A model generated the notes under the pieces. The model was not told where the DNA came from. It saw only the letters and a program-made list of their open reading frames with translations, and searched no databases. Positions 31,662 to 42,215 of a DNA stretch of 64,000 nt are shown here, one piece after another. The translations under genes and the position numbers were made by a program. The DNA comes from an uncultured SAR86 cluster bacterium (GTDB taxonomy: Bacteria; Pseudomonadota; Gammaproteobacteria; Magnimaribacterales; D2472): assembly GCA_902583575.1 (NCBI GenBank), contig CACHWY010000005.1:16564-80563 (forward strand), in the 5' to 3' direction. Numbering within the stretch: position 1 is the first letter of the stretch; each line of letters opens with the position of its first letter.

Positions 31662-33638
31662 ATGAAAAGAATACTTATTAATTCATCTTATGGTGATGAA
31701 CTTCGTGTTGCATTAGTTGATGGTGCAAAATTATATGACTTTGATACAGAGTCGCCAGAAAAAACTTTATTAAAAGGAAGTATATTTAAAGCAACTGTTT
31801 CTAGAATAGAAACTAGTCTCGACGCAGCATTTGTAAATTTTGGCTCTGATAGACATGGATTTCTTCCATTAAAAGATTTATCTAATCAATATTATAAAAA
31901 AGATAAGAAAGGAAAATTTGTTTGTACTTTAAAGGAAGGTCAAGAAATTGTTGTCCAGGTAACCAAAGAAGAAAGAGGCTCAAAAGGAGCTGCATTAACA
32001 ACACAAATTGGTCTTGCAGGTAGATTCTTAGTACTAATTCCTAATTCTAAAAAATCTGGCGGTATTTCAAGAAGAATTAGCGGTGAAGAAAGAGATCAAA
32101 TAAAAGATATTTTAAATAAATTAAAAATTCCAGACAATATGAGCGCTATAGTCAGAACCAATGGCTTGGGTAGAACAGCTGAAGAACTCAGTTTAGATTT
32201 AGCTTATTTACTAGCATTATGGGATGAAATAAATAATACGATGCCAAATGCAAAATCTCCATCTCTTATATTTAGAGATGATAAATTAATTGTTCGAGTA
32301 GTTAGAGATTATTTTAAAGATGATATAGAAGAAATCTTAATTGATGATATGGATACCTTTAATGAGGCTAAAGAATTTACTGAAGCTGTAATTCCAGATC
32401 ATGCAGAAAAGGTTAAATATTATAATGAAGAAATACCTTTATTTAATCGATATCAAATAGAATCTCAAATCGAATTGGCATTTCAAAGAGAAATATCTCT
32501 AAATTCTGGTGGTTCAATTGTAATTGACCCTACGGAGGCCATGACAACTATTGATGTGAACTCAGCAAGATCAACTAAAGGTAAGGATATTGAAGATACT
32601 GCATTTAAAACAAATATTGAAGCCGCATCAGAAATAGCAAGACAACTAAGACTGAGGGATGTTGGAGGATTGGTTGTAATCGACTTTATTGATATGTTGA
32701 AAGAAGAAAATCAAAGCAAAGTAGAAACAGCATTCAGAAAAGCTGTTTATTCAGATAGAGCAAGGGTACAACTATCTAATATTTCTAGATTTGGTCTTTT
32801 GGAAGTATCGAGACAAAGATTAAGACCGTCTTTAAATGAATCATATGATATAGAACATGTTTTAGTAAGAGGTCCACGATCTTTAGGCCAATCAATTTTA
32901 AGAATTATTGGTGAGGATGCTGTAAAAGATAATACTGGAGAAATTTATGTATATGTTCCAGCAGATGTTGCAAGTTATCTTTTAAACGAAAAAAGAAACG
33001 AAATTATTAATATTGAAAGATCAAATAATATTAAAGTTCTTGTAATAGCTGACCCTTATAAAGCAAGGCCATATTATAAGGTTGTAAGAGCAAAAGCTAC
33101 CGATGTAAAAAACATTGATTCATACCAGTTAACACCTGAAAGCCCTCAGCCTGATACAAGTTGGAGAGATGATAATAATAAACAAAAAGGCATGAAACCA
33201 CTTGTTGATGGAGTGAAACCACCCAAGATGCCAAAAAGAAATAAAGCTGGTTTAATAAAATGGTTAAAATCAATTACTGGAATAGACAATGAGGAACCAA
33301 AGCCTAAAAAGAAACCAATAAACAGGAACAAGAGAAGAAATAATCAAACAAAAAATAATAAAAAATTTAATGTTAAGAAAAAATATTCAAATAAAAAAAA
33401 TGATAATAGATCAAAGCCTCATAATAAACCTGATAAAAAGACAATTAAGAAAAAGTCAATTTCAAAGGATAATATCAATAAATCTAATACTAAAAAGAAT
33501 ATAAATAAGGACCAAAAAGCAAATAAAGCTGATAATCTTAATAAGAAAACTTCTCCTATTAAGGAAATAGTTAAAGAAAAAAAGATAAAAAAAGATGTTC
33601 CTACGCGGGCTAAGAATGATCCACGACAAAAGAATTAA
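31662..33638 (+). CDS. rne: ribonuclease E (short form with Lys/Asn-rich tail)
   Basis: Begins MKRILINSSYGDELRVALVDG and has an S1 domain, the catalytic core IVIDPTEAMTTIDVNS and VVIDFIDM. The C-terminus is only about 160 aa of K/N-rich low complexity. GGGAG lies upstream of the ATG. Confidence 0.9.
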   Translation: MKRILINSSYGDELRVALVDGAKLYDFDTESPEKTLLKGSIFKATVSRIETSLDAAFVNFGSDRHGFLPLKDLSNQYYKKDKKGKFVCTLKEGQEIVVQVTKEERGSKGAALTTQIGLAGRFLVLIPNSKKSGGISRRISGEERDQIKDILNKLKIPDNMSAIVRTNGLGRTAEELSLDLAYLLALWDEINNTMPNAKSPSLIFRDDKLIVRVVRDYFKDDIEEILIDDMDTFNEAKEFTEAVIPDHAEKVKYYNEEIPLFNRYQIESQIELAFQREISLNSGGSIVIDPTEAMTTIDVNSARSTKGKDIEDTAFKTNIEAASEIARQLRLRDVGGLVVIDFIDMLKEENQSKVETAFRKAVYSDRARVQLSNISRFGLLEVSRQRLRPSLNESYDIEHVLVRGPRSLGQSILRIIGEDAVKDNTGEIYVYVPADVASYLLNEKRNEIINIERSNNIKVLVIADPYKARPYYKVVRAKATDVKNIDSYQLTPESPQPDTSWRDDNNKQKGMKPLVDGVKPPKMPKRNKAGLIKWLKSITGIDNEEPKPKKKPINRNKRRNNQTKNNKKFNVKKKYSNKKNDNRSKPHNKPDKKTIKKKSISKDNINKSNTKKNINKDQKANKADNLNKKTSPIKEIVKEKKIKKDVPTRAKNDPRQKN

Positions 33639-34425
33639 TTAATTTTCCTGATAAACTAGTCACTGGTGGCACATAAGGTAGATTATCTACTTTATACCAA
33701 TTGGCTTCAGCTATCTCATCATTATCTATTATCAATTCACCAGATTTATATTCACATGAGAATCCCAACATTAATTGTGATGGAAATGGCCATGGTTGAC
33801 TTCCAAAGTATTTAATATTTTGAACCTTAAGGCCAACTTCTTCTAAAACTTCGCGATGAACTGTTTCCTCAGCAGACTCTGATACCTCAATAAATCCAGC
33901 AAGAATACTAAATAATCCTTCAGGGAACATATTGTTTCTTGCAAGTAATATCTCATCGTCTTTTATTACCATAGCTAATACACAAGGTGCAATGGATGGA
34001 TAAATCATCGAGGATGTTTCTGGGCAATATAGAGATTCTTCTTTTGTATCAAATTTATTTAATTCACCGCAATAACCAGAATATTTATTACTTTTGATCC
34101 AATGTAATAATTGATTTGCTCGACCCATAAGAACAATATCTTCTGGATTTAAAGTTGCTAATAAGTGTCTAGTATCGTATTCAACTAAACTCTCATATCC
34201 TAAATTTATATTCTCTTTTGAATTACTTATATCAACTGCATATATTTTTTTATTATTACTTTCAGCAATTCCAATATAAAAAGAATTATCAAAATCTACA
34301 TTTATATAATCACCACTTAATAGAAATGTTTTTAATTGTGGTTCATATAGAATTTTATTATTTTTAAAAATAATAAATTCATTATCGCTATTAATATTTA
34401 TTTCTAAAAATCTTTTAAAATGCAT
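33610..34425 (-). CDS. nudC: NADH pyrophosphatase (Nudix) NudC
   Basis: Shows the Nudix box [33 protein letters not shown] and the zinc-ribbon-like YCGELN..YCPETS. The longest ORF reaches 34512 but would overlap the nhaB start, so I prefer ATG 34425 (MHFKRF). Confidence 0.8.
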   Translation of the reverse strand: MHFKRFLEININSDNEFIIFKNNKILYEPQLKTFLLSGDYINVDFDNSFYIGIAESNNKKIYAVDISNSKENINLGYESLVEYDTRHLLATLNPEDIVLMGRANQLLHWIKSNKYSGYCGELNKFDTKEESLYCPETSSMIYPSIAPCVLAMVIKDDEILLARNNMFPEGLFSILAGFIEVSESAEETVHREVLEEVGLKVQNIKYFGSQPWPFPSQLMLGFSCEYKSGELIIDNDEIAEANWYKVDNLPYVPPVTSLSGKLINSFVVDHS

Positions 34426-34450
34426 AGTAAATAAGTTTAAAATATCCTTA

Positions 34451-35962
34451 ATGTTAAATGAAATCCAAAAATTGTTCTTAGGTAGTGCTCCGAACTGGTA
34501 TAAGTCTATCATAATAACATTCCTTGTTATTAACCCTATATTGTTAATAATTCTTAATTCTATAGGCTTAAATGGAAATTTTATTATTGGTTGGGTTTTT
34601 CTTCTTGAATTTATTTTTACTTTAGCTTTAGCTCTAAAATGTTATCCGTTACAGCCTGGCGGCCTGTTAGCCCTAGAGGCAATAATAATGGGTTTAACAT
34701 CAACGAAATCAGTGTTTCATGAAATTGAAAATAATCTAGAAGTAATACTATTGCTTGTTTTTATGGTAGCAGGAATATATTTTATGAAAAATTTAATGTT
34801 AACAATTTTTACAAAACTTTTACTAAACATAAGATCTAAAACATTATTATCGTTATTATTTTGTATTTCTGCTGCAGTTCTATCTGCATTCTTGGATGCT
34901 TTAACAGTTACAGCTGTTTTAATTGGTGTAACGATTGGTTTTTATAGAATATATCATTCAGTAGCATCAGGGTTAAACTTTTCGGATGATGATCACAACT
35001 ATCACAACGATTCAAGTATTAATACTTTAAAAATTCAAGAGTTAGAAGATTTTAAAGCTTTCTTAAGGGACCTTGTTATGCATGGAGCAGTAGGTACCGC
35101 ACTTGGTGGAGTTTGTACATTAGTTGGCGAACCTCAAAACCTTTTAATTGCAACTATAGCTGGATGGGAATTTATAGAGTTTTTTATAAGAATGGCTCCG
35201 ATCACAATGCCAGTATTTGTAGCAGGGATACTTACTTGCGTAACGGTAGAAAAATTACATATTGCTGGATTTGGTAATCAATTACCTTCAAATATTAGAA
35301 ATATTTTTAACGACTATTCTATTTATAGAAATGAAAACATAACACCAACAAATCAAGCAGAGTTATTAATTGAATCATTAGTTGCAGTATTTTTAGTTAT
35401 TGCTTTAGCTTTTCATTTAGCTGCAGTTGGTTTAATTGGTTTAACTGTAATTATTTTATTAACGGCTTTTAAAGGTATCACTGAAGAACATAAACTTGGT
35501 GAAGCTTTCCATGAAGCATTACCTTTTACAGCTTTGTTAGCAGTGTTTTTTGCAATCGTAAGTGTTATACACGACCAACATCTATTTTCTCCAGTGATAG
35601 ATTATGTTTTAGCACAAGATCCCTCAGTTCAACCTTCAATGTTTTTTGTAGCCAATGGCTTCTTATCTGCCATTAGTGATAACGTATTTGTAGCAACAAT
35701 TTATATTAATGAAGTAAAGAATGCCTTTGATAATGGCCTTATAACATTAAATCAATTTAATAACCTTGCTATAGCGATAAATACTGGAACAAATATACCA
35801 AGTGTAGCAACTCCAAATGGCCAAGCTGCATTTTTATTTTTATTGACATCTTCATTAGCACCATTAATTAATTTATCTTATTTAAGAATGGTTTACATGG
35901 CCCTTCCCTATACAATTGTTTTATCAATTGTAGGTTTTATTTCAATCAATTTATTTCTTTGA
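34451..35962 (+). CDS. nhaB: Na+/H+ antiporter NhaB
   Basis: A 503-aa polytopic protein. The N-terminus [23 protein letters not shown] aligns with E. coli NhaB (FLGQSPDWYK). Confidence 0.92.
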   Translation: MLNEIQKLFLGSAPNWYKSIIITFLVINPILLIILNSIGLNGNFIIGWVFLLEFIFTLALALKCYPLQPGGLLALEAIIMGLTSTKSVFHEIENNLEVILLLVFMVAGIYFMKNLMLTIFTKLLLNIRSKTLLSLLFCISAAVLSAFLDALTVTAVLIGVTIGFYRIYHSVASGLNFSDDDHNYHNDSSINTLKIQELEDFKAFLRDLVMHGAVGTALGGVCTLVGEPQNLLIATIAGWEFIEFFIRMAPITMPVFVAGILTCVTVEKLHIAGFGNQLPSNIRNIFNDYSIYRNENITPTNQAELLIESLVAVFLVIALAFHLAAVGLIGLTVIILLTAFKGITEEHKLGEAFHEALPFTALLAVFFAIVSVIHDQHLFSPVIDYVLAQDPSVQPSMFFVANGFLSAISDNVFVATIYINEVKNAFDNGLITLNQFNNLAIAINTGTNIPSVATPNGQAAFLFLLTSSLAPLINLSYLRMVYMALPYTIVLSIVGFISINLFL

Positions 35963-36933
35963 TGTCCTCTTTGTTGGATCGTAAATTTTGCGTTGCTCCA
36001 ATGATGCAATATACAGACATGCATGATAGGTACTTACTTCGTTTGATATCAAAAAAAATATTTTTATATACTGAAATGATATCTACTGGATCATTGATTT
36101 ATGGTAAATGTTATGACCAATTAGAATTTAATAATGAAGAACATCCTGTTGGAGTACAACTTGGAGGATCTGATATAAATGATCTTATTGAATGTTCAAA
36201 AAAATGTGAACAGTATGGTTATGATGAGATAAATCTAAATGTAGGTTGTCCGTCTGATAGAGTTCAAAAAGGTAAATTTGGTGCTTGTTTAATGCTAGAA
36301 CCTCATCTTGTTAGTGAGTGCCTATCTAATATGCAGAATGCAGTTAAAATTCCTGTATCTATAAAATGTAGACTAGGTATTGATAATCATGAATCATATG
36401 AATTTCTTCATAATTTCATTTCAATAGTTAAAAATTCAGGAACTAATATTTTTATTATTCATGCTAGAAACGGAATTTTAAATGGATTAAGTCCTCGACA
36501 AAATAGAAATATTCCTCCATTAAAATATGAATATGTATATAAATTAAAAAAGGATTTTCCAGAGTTAGAAATAATTATAAATGGAGGAATAAAAAATTTA
36601 GATGATTCTAAAAATCATCTAGATAAAGTAGATGGCGTAATGATAGGAAGAGCTGCCTATGACAATCCATTTATGTTAAAAGATATTGAGCCAATGTTTT
36701 ATGATATAAAATCTCAAACAAATTCAAAAAAAGAAATATTAAATTTATATCTTGAGTATGTAGAAGAAAAAATTGATCAAGGTCATAATCTAAGCCGCAT
36801 GATGAAGCATTTATTTGGTTTGTCTAGAGGCGATAAATATGCAAAATCTTTTAGAATAAAAATACTTGAAATAATTAAAAATAATTCAATAAAAGAACAT
36901 AAGAAAGAATTAGAAGAATTATTAGTCTATTAA
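35962..36933 (+). CDS. dusA: tRNA-dihydrouridine synthase A
   Basis: Shows FCVAPMMQYTDMHDRYLLRL, INLNVGCPSDRV and HARNG. The ATG overlaps the nhaB TGA by 1 nt. Confidence 0.9.
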   Translation: MSSLLDRKFCVAPMMQYTDMHDRYLLRLISKKIFLYTEMISTGSLIYGKCYDQLEFNNEEHPVGVQLGGSDINDLIECSKKCEQYGYDEINLNVGCPSDRVQKGKFGACLMLEPHLVSECLSNMQNAVKIPVSIKCRLGIDNHESYEFLHNFISIVKNSGTNIFIIHARNGILNGLSPRQNRNIPPLKYEYVYKLKKDFPELEIIINGGIKNLDDSKNHLDKVDGVMIGRAAYDNPFMLKDIEPMFYDIKSQTNSKKEILNLYLEYVEEKIDQGHNLSRMMKHLFGLSRGDKYAKSFRIKILEIIKNNSIKEHKKELEELLVY

Positions 36934-37620
36934 GAAATCATCCATATCATCTACAAAATCATCTTCAACATTTATACCATCTTTCACTTCATAAGCTATA
37001 GATTGAATATATGCATCTTTAACAAAGGAATATTTATCACCAGACAACAAAGACTCTACATCTAATAGTCTTTCTCTAGTTTCAATAGCATCAATAGTTT
37101 TTAAAGCGATATTTACATCTGCATCAGTCATGTGGAATGTTATCGATGAGAAAGATGATACTGGACGACTTAAGGTATCTCTCAAAGTAGATGGACCAAG
37201 ACCTGGCAGCATAATATAAGGCCCAGTACCCACACCCCAAACACCAAGAGTTTGGCCAAAATCTTCTTCATGTCTTTCCAAGCCAATTTTTGATGCCACA
37301 TCAATAAATCCTGCTAAACCAATGGTAGAATTTATAAGAAATCTTGTTAAATCATTTATTGATTTTTTTGGTTTGCCTTGAAGTGCTTGATTGACTGATG
37401 TTTCAACATCTTCAAGATTATTAAAAAAATTTGTTACTCCGCTTTTAACTTTTGGTGGAAAATTTGAATATATTTTTGCAACTGGTTTTAATATTTTTTC
37501 ATCTAGATTTTCATTAAACTCAAAAGTTTTTCTATTGAATTCCTCAAAAGGATCATTTACTTGATCTGAATTGATACTAATAGCAAATAATAATAATGAA
37601 GATATAAATATTTTTTTCAT
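36922..37620 (-). CDS. mlaA: phospholipid-binding lipoprotein MlaA (VacJ family)
   Basis: Has a signal peptide, DPFEEFNRKTFEFNENLD and GPYIMLPGLGPSTLRD. Confidence 0.86.
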   Translation of the reverse strand: MKKIFISSLLLFAISINSDQVNDPFEEFNRKTFEFNENLDEKILKPVAKIYSNFPPKVKSGVTNFFNNLEDVETSVNQALQGKPKKSINDLTRFLINSTIGLAGFIDVASKIGLERHEEDFGQTLGVWGVGTGPYIMLPGLGPSTLRDTLSRPVSSFSSITFHMTDADVNIALKTIDAIETRERLLDVESLLSGDKYSFVKDAYIQSIAYEVKDGINVEDDFVDDMDDFLID

Positions 37621-37625
37621 AATTT

Positions 37626-38303
37626 CTATGTTGAGGATAATATTTTATCTGAAATTGAATTCGAGATTTTAGAAATATATTTAAGATCAAAATTATAAAT
37701 CTTATTATCAAATAGGAAAGTACCTAAATGTTTAATATCATTAGATTCAAAGTATTTATCTTGAATATCAATTTTAGTATCAAAAATATTATTATTTATA
37801 TAGCCAAGTATATTTATTTTTAACTTTTTTAGCATAGATACAGTCCTCTTTAAATCTGACATTGCTAACTTATTTGGATTTGTAATTAATATAAAATCAT
37901 CTATTTTTAACTCATTAAATATAGTCAAATATGCATCGCCAGTTCCAGGAGGCATATCTATAAGTAAAAAATCTAAATCTCCCCAATTTGTAGAATTAAT
38001 TAATTTCTTAATTGCGCCACTAAGCATAGGTCCTCTCCAAATAGCAGCTTTATCATTGTTTAATATATTACCCATAGATATGATTTTAATTTTATTTTTA
38101 TTTATAGGATTAAATAATTTTTTACTGATTTTTGGTTTTTTATTAATATTAAAGAGTATATGTTGATTAGGTCCATAAATATCAGCATCTAATATACCAA
38201 CTGAGGTATGTTTTGATAAGCTCAATGCGATAGATGCAGTAATAGAGCTTTTTCCAACACCTCCTTTAGCGGAGCCGATAGCAATAATTCTTTTAATGGC
38301 CAT
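37626..38303 (-). CDS. Mrp/ApbC-family P-loop ATPase, truncated and cysteine-free
   Basis: Shows IAIGSAKGGVGKSS, VGILDADIYGPN, WRGPML and LLIDMPPGTGD, and lies divergent from metG as E. coli mrp does. I place the start at ATG 38303, because the ORF-track extension to 38384 overlaps metG. Confidence 0.75.
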   Translation of the reverse strand: MAIKRIIAIGSAKGGVGKSSITASIALSLSKHTSVGILDADIYGPNQHILFNINKKPKISKKLFNPINKNKIKIISMGNILNNDKAAIWRGPMLSGAIKKLINSTNWGDLDFLLIDMPPGTGDAYLTIFNELKIDDFILITNPNKLAMSDLKRTVSMLKKLKINILGYINNNIFDTKIDIQDKYFESNDIKHLGTFLFDNKIYNFDLKYISKISNSISDKILSST

Positions 38304-38339
38304 ATAAATCAATATTTTCACATATAATACAGATATTGC

Positions 38340-40295
38340 ATGGACATACCTACTAAAAACACAAGAAAGATTCTCGTAACTCAAGCCCTACCATATGCTA
38401 ATGCACCATTACATCTTGGTCATATACTAGAGGCAGTCCAAACAGACATTTGGACTAGATTCCATAATATGAATGGTAATCAGTGTTATTTTTTCTGTGC
38501 TGATGATACGCATGGCACACCAGTCATGCTTAAAGCGAAAGAAATGGGAATAACTCCTGAGGAATTAATAAAAGATGTTCTTAATGATCATAAAGAAACT
38601 TATGACCTATATGGTATTAAATTTACAAATTTTTATACTACCCATAGTGAAGAAAATAAAAAATACTCAGAAAAAATATATTTAGAAGCAAAAAAAAATA
38701 ACTTAATATCAAAAGAAATAGTTGAACAACTTTATGATGAAAATGAACAAATGTTTTTATCAGATAGGTTTATTAAAGGCAGTTGTCCTAAATGTGGAGC
38801 AGCAGATCAACATGGAGATAATTGTGGTGTATGTGGCGCAAGTTATAATGTTTTAGAAATCAAAGACCCTATATCAATATTGTCTGGAACAACCCCAATT
38901 AAAAAGAAAAGTGAACACATATTTTTTGACTTACCCCAAAAACTTGAGATATTAAGTAAATTTTTACATGAATCAAAACTTCAAAAACCAATTAAGAATA
39001 AATTAAAGGAATGGCTTTCAGATGATTTGAAAAAATGGGATATATCAAGAGATGAACCATACTTTGGATTTAAAATACCAGAAGAAGATAATAAATATTT
39101 TTATGTATGGGTAGATGCACCTATTGGATATATAGCATCAATGGATAATTGGTTTAAAAATAATAACTTGGATACAGATACTATATGGTCAAACAAATCT
39201 AATTATGAGATTTATCATTTTATCGGCAAAGATATTTCATACTTTCATGGGCTTTTTTGGCCTGCATTATTAAGTTCTGCCAATTTAAAACTTCCTGATG
39301 GTATTTTTGTACATGGTTTCTTGACTATTAATGGTGAGAAAATGTCAAAGTCAAAAGGAACAGGAATACTCGCAAAAGATTTTGCAAAAATATGTGATCC
39401 TGAAACATTAAGGTATTATTTTGCTGCCAAATTAAATGATAAGGTTGAAGATATTGATTTGAATTTTGATGATTATGTTCAACGAATAAATTCAGATCTT
39501 GTTGGAAAGTACTTAAATATAGCATCAAGATCTGCATCATTCCTTAAAAAAAATAAGAATAATTTATCTGATAATATTAATAAAGAATTAATAACATTAT
39601 TAATTAATGAAAAGCAAAATGTTATTAATCTGTATGAAGAAAGAGAATATTCAAAGTTAATAAGATTGATAATGGATTTAGCAGATAATGTTAATAAATA
39701 TATAAATGAACAAACTCCATGGAAAAAAGATTTAAATGATGCTGTTGATATATCTTCAACAGCATTAAATGCATTCAAAATCATAACTATTTATTTGACC
39801 CCAATAATCCCAAACCTCGCTGAAAATGCATACAAATTTCTAAACCTAAAAAATTGTTCTTTTGATGATGTAAACACATTATTGAATGGACAAATTAATA
39901 ACTATGAGTCATTGCTAAATAGACTAGAACCATTAATAATTCCAGAGGAAGATAATATGGAAAATAAAAATATAATTGATATAAAACAATTCTCATCTAT
40001 TGATTTAAGAGTTGCAAAAATAATTAAAGCTGAAGATGTGGATGGAGCTGATAAATTATTACGTCTAACATTAGATGTTGGTGAGTTAGGTACGCGAAAT
40101 GTATTTGCTGGGATTAAAAGCTCATATAAACCTGAAGATCTTTCTGATCGAATGGTAGTTCTAGTTAATAATCTTGCTCCTCGTGAGATGAAGTTTGGTG
40201 TTTCTGAAGGTATGGTGCTTGCTTCTAGTAATGATAATGGAATTTACTTAATATCACCTGATAAAGGTGCTGAAGCCGGTATGAAAATAAAATAA
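38340..40295 (+). CDS. metG: methionyl-tRNA synthetase
   Basis: Shows the HIGH motif [11 protein letters not shown], the zinc knuckles CPKCG..CGVCG, the KMSKS motif and a C-terminal tRNA-binding (EMAP-like) domain. Confidence 0.95.
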   Translation: MDIPTKNTRKILVTQALPYANAPLHLGHILEAVQTDIWTRFHNMNGNQCYFFCADDTHGTPVMLKAKEMGITPEELIKDVLNDHKETYDLYGIKFTNFYTTHSEENKKYSEKIYLEAKKNNLISKEIVEQLYDENEQMFLSDRFIKGSCPKCGAADQHGDNCGVCGASYNVLEIKDPISILSGTTPIKKKSEHIFFDLPQKLEILSKFLHESKLQKPIKNKLKEWLSDDLKKWDISRDEPYFGFKIPEEDNKYFYVWVDAPIGYIASMDNWFKNNNLDTDTIWSNKSNYEIYHFIGKDISYFHGLFWPALLSSANLKLPDGIFVHGFLTINGEKMSKSKGTGILAKDFAKICDPETLRYYFAAKLNDKVEDIDLNFDDYVQRINSDLVGKYLNIASRSASFLKKNKNNLSDNINKELITLLINEKQNVINLYEEREYSKLIRLIMDLADNVNKYINEQTPWKKDLNDAVDISSTALNAFKIITIYLTPIIPNLAENAYKFLNLKNCSFDDVNTLLNGQINNYESLLNRLEPLIIPEEDNMENKNIIDIKQFSSIDLRVAKIIKAEDVDGADKLLRLTLDVGELGTRNVFAGIKSSYKPEDLSDRMVVLVNNLAPREMKFGVSEGMVLASSNDNGIYLISPDKGAEAGMKIK

Positions 40296-41332
40296 TGGAA
40301 GCTAAAGATATTATAATAATTGGAGCGGGACCCGTTGGTCTATTCACTGTTTTTGAAGCAGGTCTTTTAGGATTAAATTGTACCTTAATAGATAATCTCG
40401 ATAAGCCAGGTGGTCAATGTGCAGAGTTGTATCCAGAAAAGCCTATATATGATATACCGGGTGTTCCATTTCAAACTGCTCAAGAACATGTTGATGCATT
40501 ACTTAAACAGATAGAACCATTTGAATACGATCTTCATCTTAATCAAAGAGTTGATTCATTAAAAGAAATACAAAATAAAGATGATAATTACTGGGAAGTG
40601 GTTACAACAGAAAATAATAAATTTATCTCTAAAAATATATTTATAGCTGCTGGTGCTGGATCATTCGAACCAAGGAGACCTCCTAATATAGATAATCCAG
40701 ATAAATATTTAAATAAAGGTGTTTCGTATGCTGTTCGATCAGTAGATCAATATAAAGATAAAAAAATTTTTATATTTGGTGGCGGGGACTCAGCCCTTGA
40801 TTGGACTGTAGAATTATCAAAGATAGCAAAATCAGTTTCTTTAGTTCATAGAAGAGATGCATTTAGAGGAGCTCAGCATACTGAAGAATTAATGAGAGAG
40901 CTTGTTAAAAATGGAAAAGTTAATCTACTAACTCCTTATCTTATTGATTTAATTGAAGGGAATGAAAAAGTTGAGGGAGTTAAACTTAAGAACTTTGAAT
41001 CTAATGAAATTGAAAGTCATAATGCCGATGAGTTAATATTTTTATTTGGATTAAATAAAAAACTAGGCCCATTGTTAGAATGGGAATTAGAGCTTAATGG
41101 TAAAAAAATATCTGTAAATACGGAAAACTTTCAAACAAATAAAAAAGGAATATTTGCTGTTGGTGATATAAACAATTATCCAGGTAAAATGGACTTAATT
41201 TTATCAGGATTTCATGAAACTACTTTAGCAGTCCAAGAAGCATATAAACGCATATATCCTGGTGAGAGAGTTCCATTTGGTTATACAACTTCAAATTCAA
41301 AACTACATAAAAAGTTAGGTGTTAAAAAATAG
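40295..41332 (+). CDS. thioredoxin-reductase-like ferredoxin-NADP+ reductase
   Basis: Shows IIGAGPVGLFTVFEAG, GGQCAELYPEKPIYDIPG and GGGDSALDW, with no CxxC redox pair. TAATG overlap with metG. Confidence 0.84.
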   Translation: MEAKDIIIIGAGPVGLFTVFEAGLLGLNCTLIDNLDKPGGQCAELYPEKPIYDIPGVPFQTAQEHVDALLKQIEPFEYDLHLNQRVDSLKEIQNKDDNYWEVVTTENNKFISKNIFIAAGAGSFEPRRPPNIDNPDKYLNKGVSYAVRSVDQYKDKKIFIFGGGDSALDWTVELSKIAKSVSLVHRRDAFRGAQHTEELMRELVKNGKVNLLTPYLIDLIEGNEKVEGVKLKNFESNEIESHNADELIFLFGLNKKLGPLLEWELELNGKKISVNTENFQTNKKGIFAVGDINNYPGKMDLILSGFHETTLAVQEAYKRIYPGERVPFGYTTSNSKLHKKLGVKK

Positions 41333-41903
41333 ATTTAGAAAATATCTTCCTGTAGTAGTAGATATCGAAACGGGCGGATTTGATCCTGAATTAAATGCGA
41401 TTTTAGAAATTGCGATAACATTAATTGAGGAAAATGATAATAAGTTTGTTGTTGGAGAAACTTATAGACATCATATTATTCCATTTAAAAATTCAATTAT
41501 TGAAAAAGAATCATTAGAGTTTACAAAAATTAAATTAGACCACCCACTAAGAAATGCAATAGATGAAAAAGATGCATTAAAGGACATATTTAAAATAATT
41601 AATAAAGTCAAAAATAAATATGAATGTTCTAGAGCAATCTTGGTTGGACACAATGCACATTTTGATAAGTCATTTTTAGACGCAGCTATTAAAAGAAACA
41701 ATATTAAAAGAACACCATTTCATAAATTTTCTGTTATAGATACTGTCTCATTGGGTGTTTTAGCAACAGGGCAAACAGTCCTAGCAAGAATATGTGACAA
41801 GCTAAAAATTGATTATGATAATGATCAGGCTCATTCAGCAGCATATGATACTTTAGTAACAGCTAAAGTATTTTGCAGTATTGTTAATAGTCATGATGAT
41901 TAA
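41319..41903 (+). CDS. rnt: ribonuclease T
   Basis: Shows RFRKYLPVVVDIETGGFDP, GHNAHFDKSFL and HSAAYDT (DEDDh exonuclease). It has a GTG start, and its neighbour is grxD as in E. coli. Confidence 0.9.
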   Translation: MLKNRFRKYLPVVVDIETGGFDPELNAILEIAITLIEENDNKFVVGETYRHHIIPFKNSIIEKESLEFTKIKLDHPLRNAIDEKDALKDIFKIINKVKNKYECSRAILVGHNAHFDKSFLDAAIKRNNIKRTPFHKFSVIDTVSLGVLATGQTVLARICDKLKIDYDNDQAHSAAYDTLVTAKVFCSIVNSHDD

Positions 41904-42214
41904 GATTGCGCTGAATCAATTAGTTTTTTAAGTTCCCCAGTTTCATGCATTTGAGTAATAATATCAGCCCCTCCAATTAACTCTCCATTAATATACACTT
42001 GAGGGAACGTAGGCCAGTCTGATATTTTTGGTAAGGCAATCCTAACATCATTATTCTCTAAAACATCAACATATGAAAACTTTGAATCACATTCTATTAA
42101 TGCTTGGATTGTTTTTGCTGAAAAACCACATCTGGGTTCATATGGTGTTCCTTTCATATAAATAAGAATATTATTTTCTTTTATTTGTTCTTTTAATTTA
42201 TCTTCAATACTCAT
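41900..42214 (-). CDS. grxD: monothiol glutaredoxin Grx4
   Basis: 104 aa with the CGFS active site and WPTFPQVYINGELIGGADI. Confidence 0.93.
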   Translation of the reverse strand: MSIEDKLKEQIKENNILIYMKGTPYEPRCGFSAKTIQALIECDSKFSYVDVLENNDVRIALPKISDWPTFPQVYINGELIGGADIITQMHETGELKKLIDSAQS

Positions 42215-42215
42215 A

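Noticed and set aside
33300-33600. Repetitive A-rich DNA at the 3' end of rne as a possible tandem repeat or CRISPR-like array.
   Set aside because: It is in frame and translates to a continuous Lys/Asn-rich tail. It has no regular repeat-spacer periodicity.
34426-34512. A 29-codon N-terminal extension of nudC.
   Set aside because: It would overlap the well-supported nhaB start (the N-terminus aligns with E. coli NhaB) by 62 nt in a head-to-head arrangement. The internal ATG gives a NudC of normal length.
38304-38384. A 27-codon N-terminal extension of the Mrp-like ORF ([27 protein letters not shown]).
   Set aside because: It overlaps the metG start codon and divergent promoter space. The conserved Mrp sequence begins right after the internal ATG at 38303.
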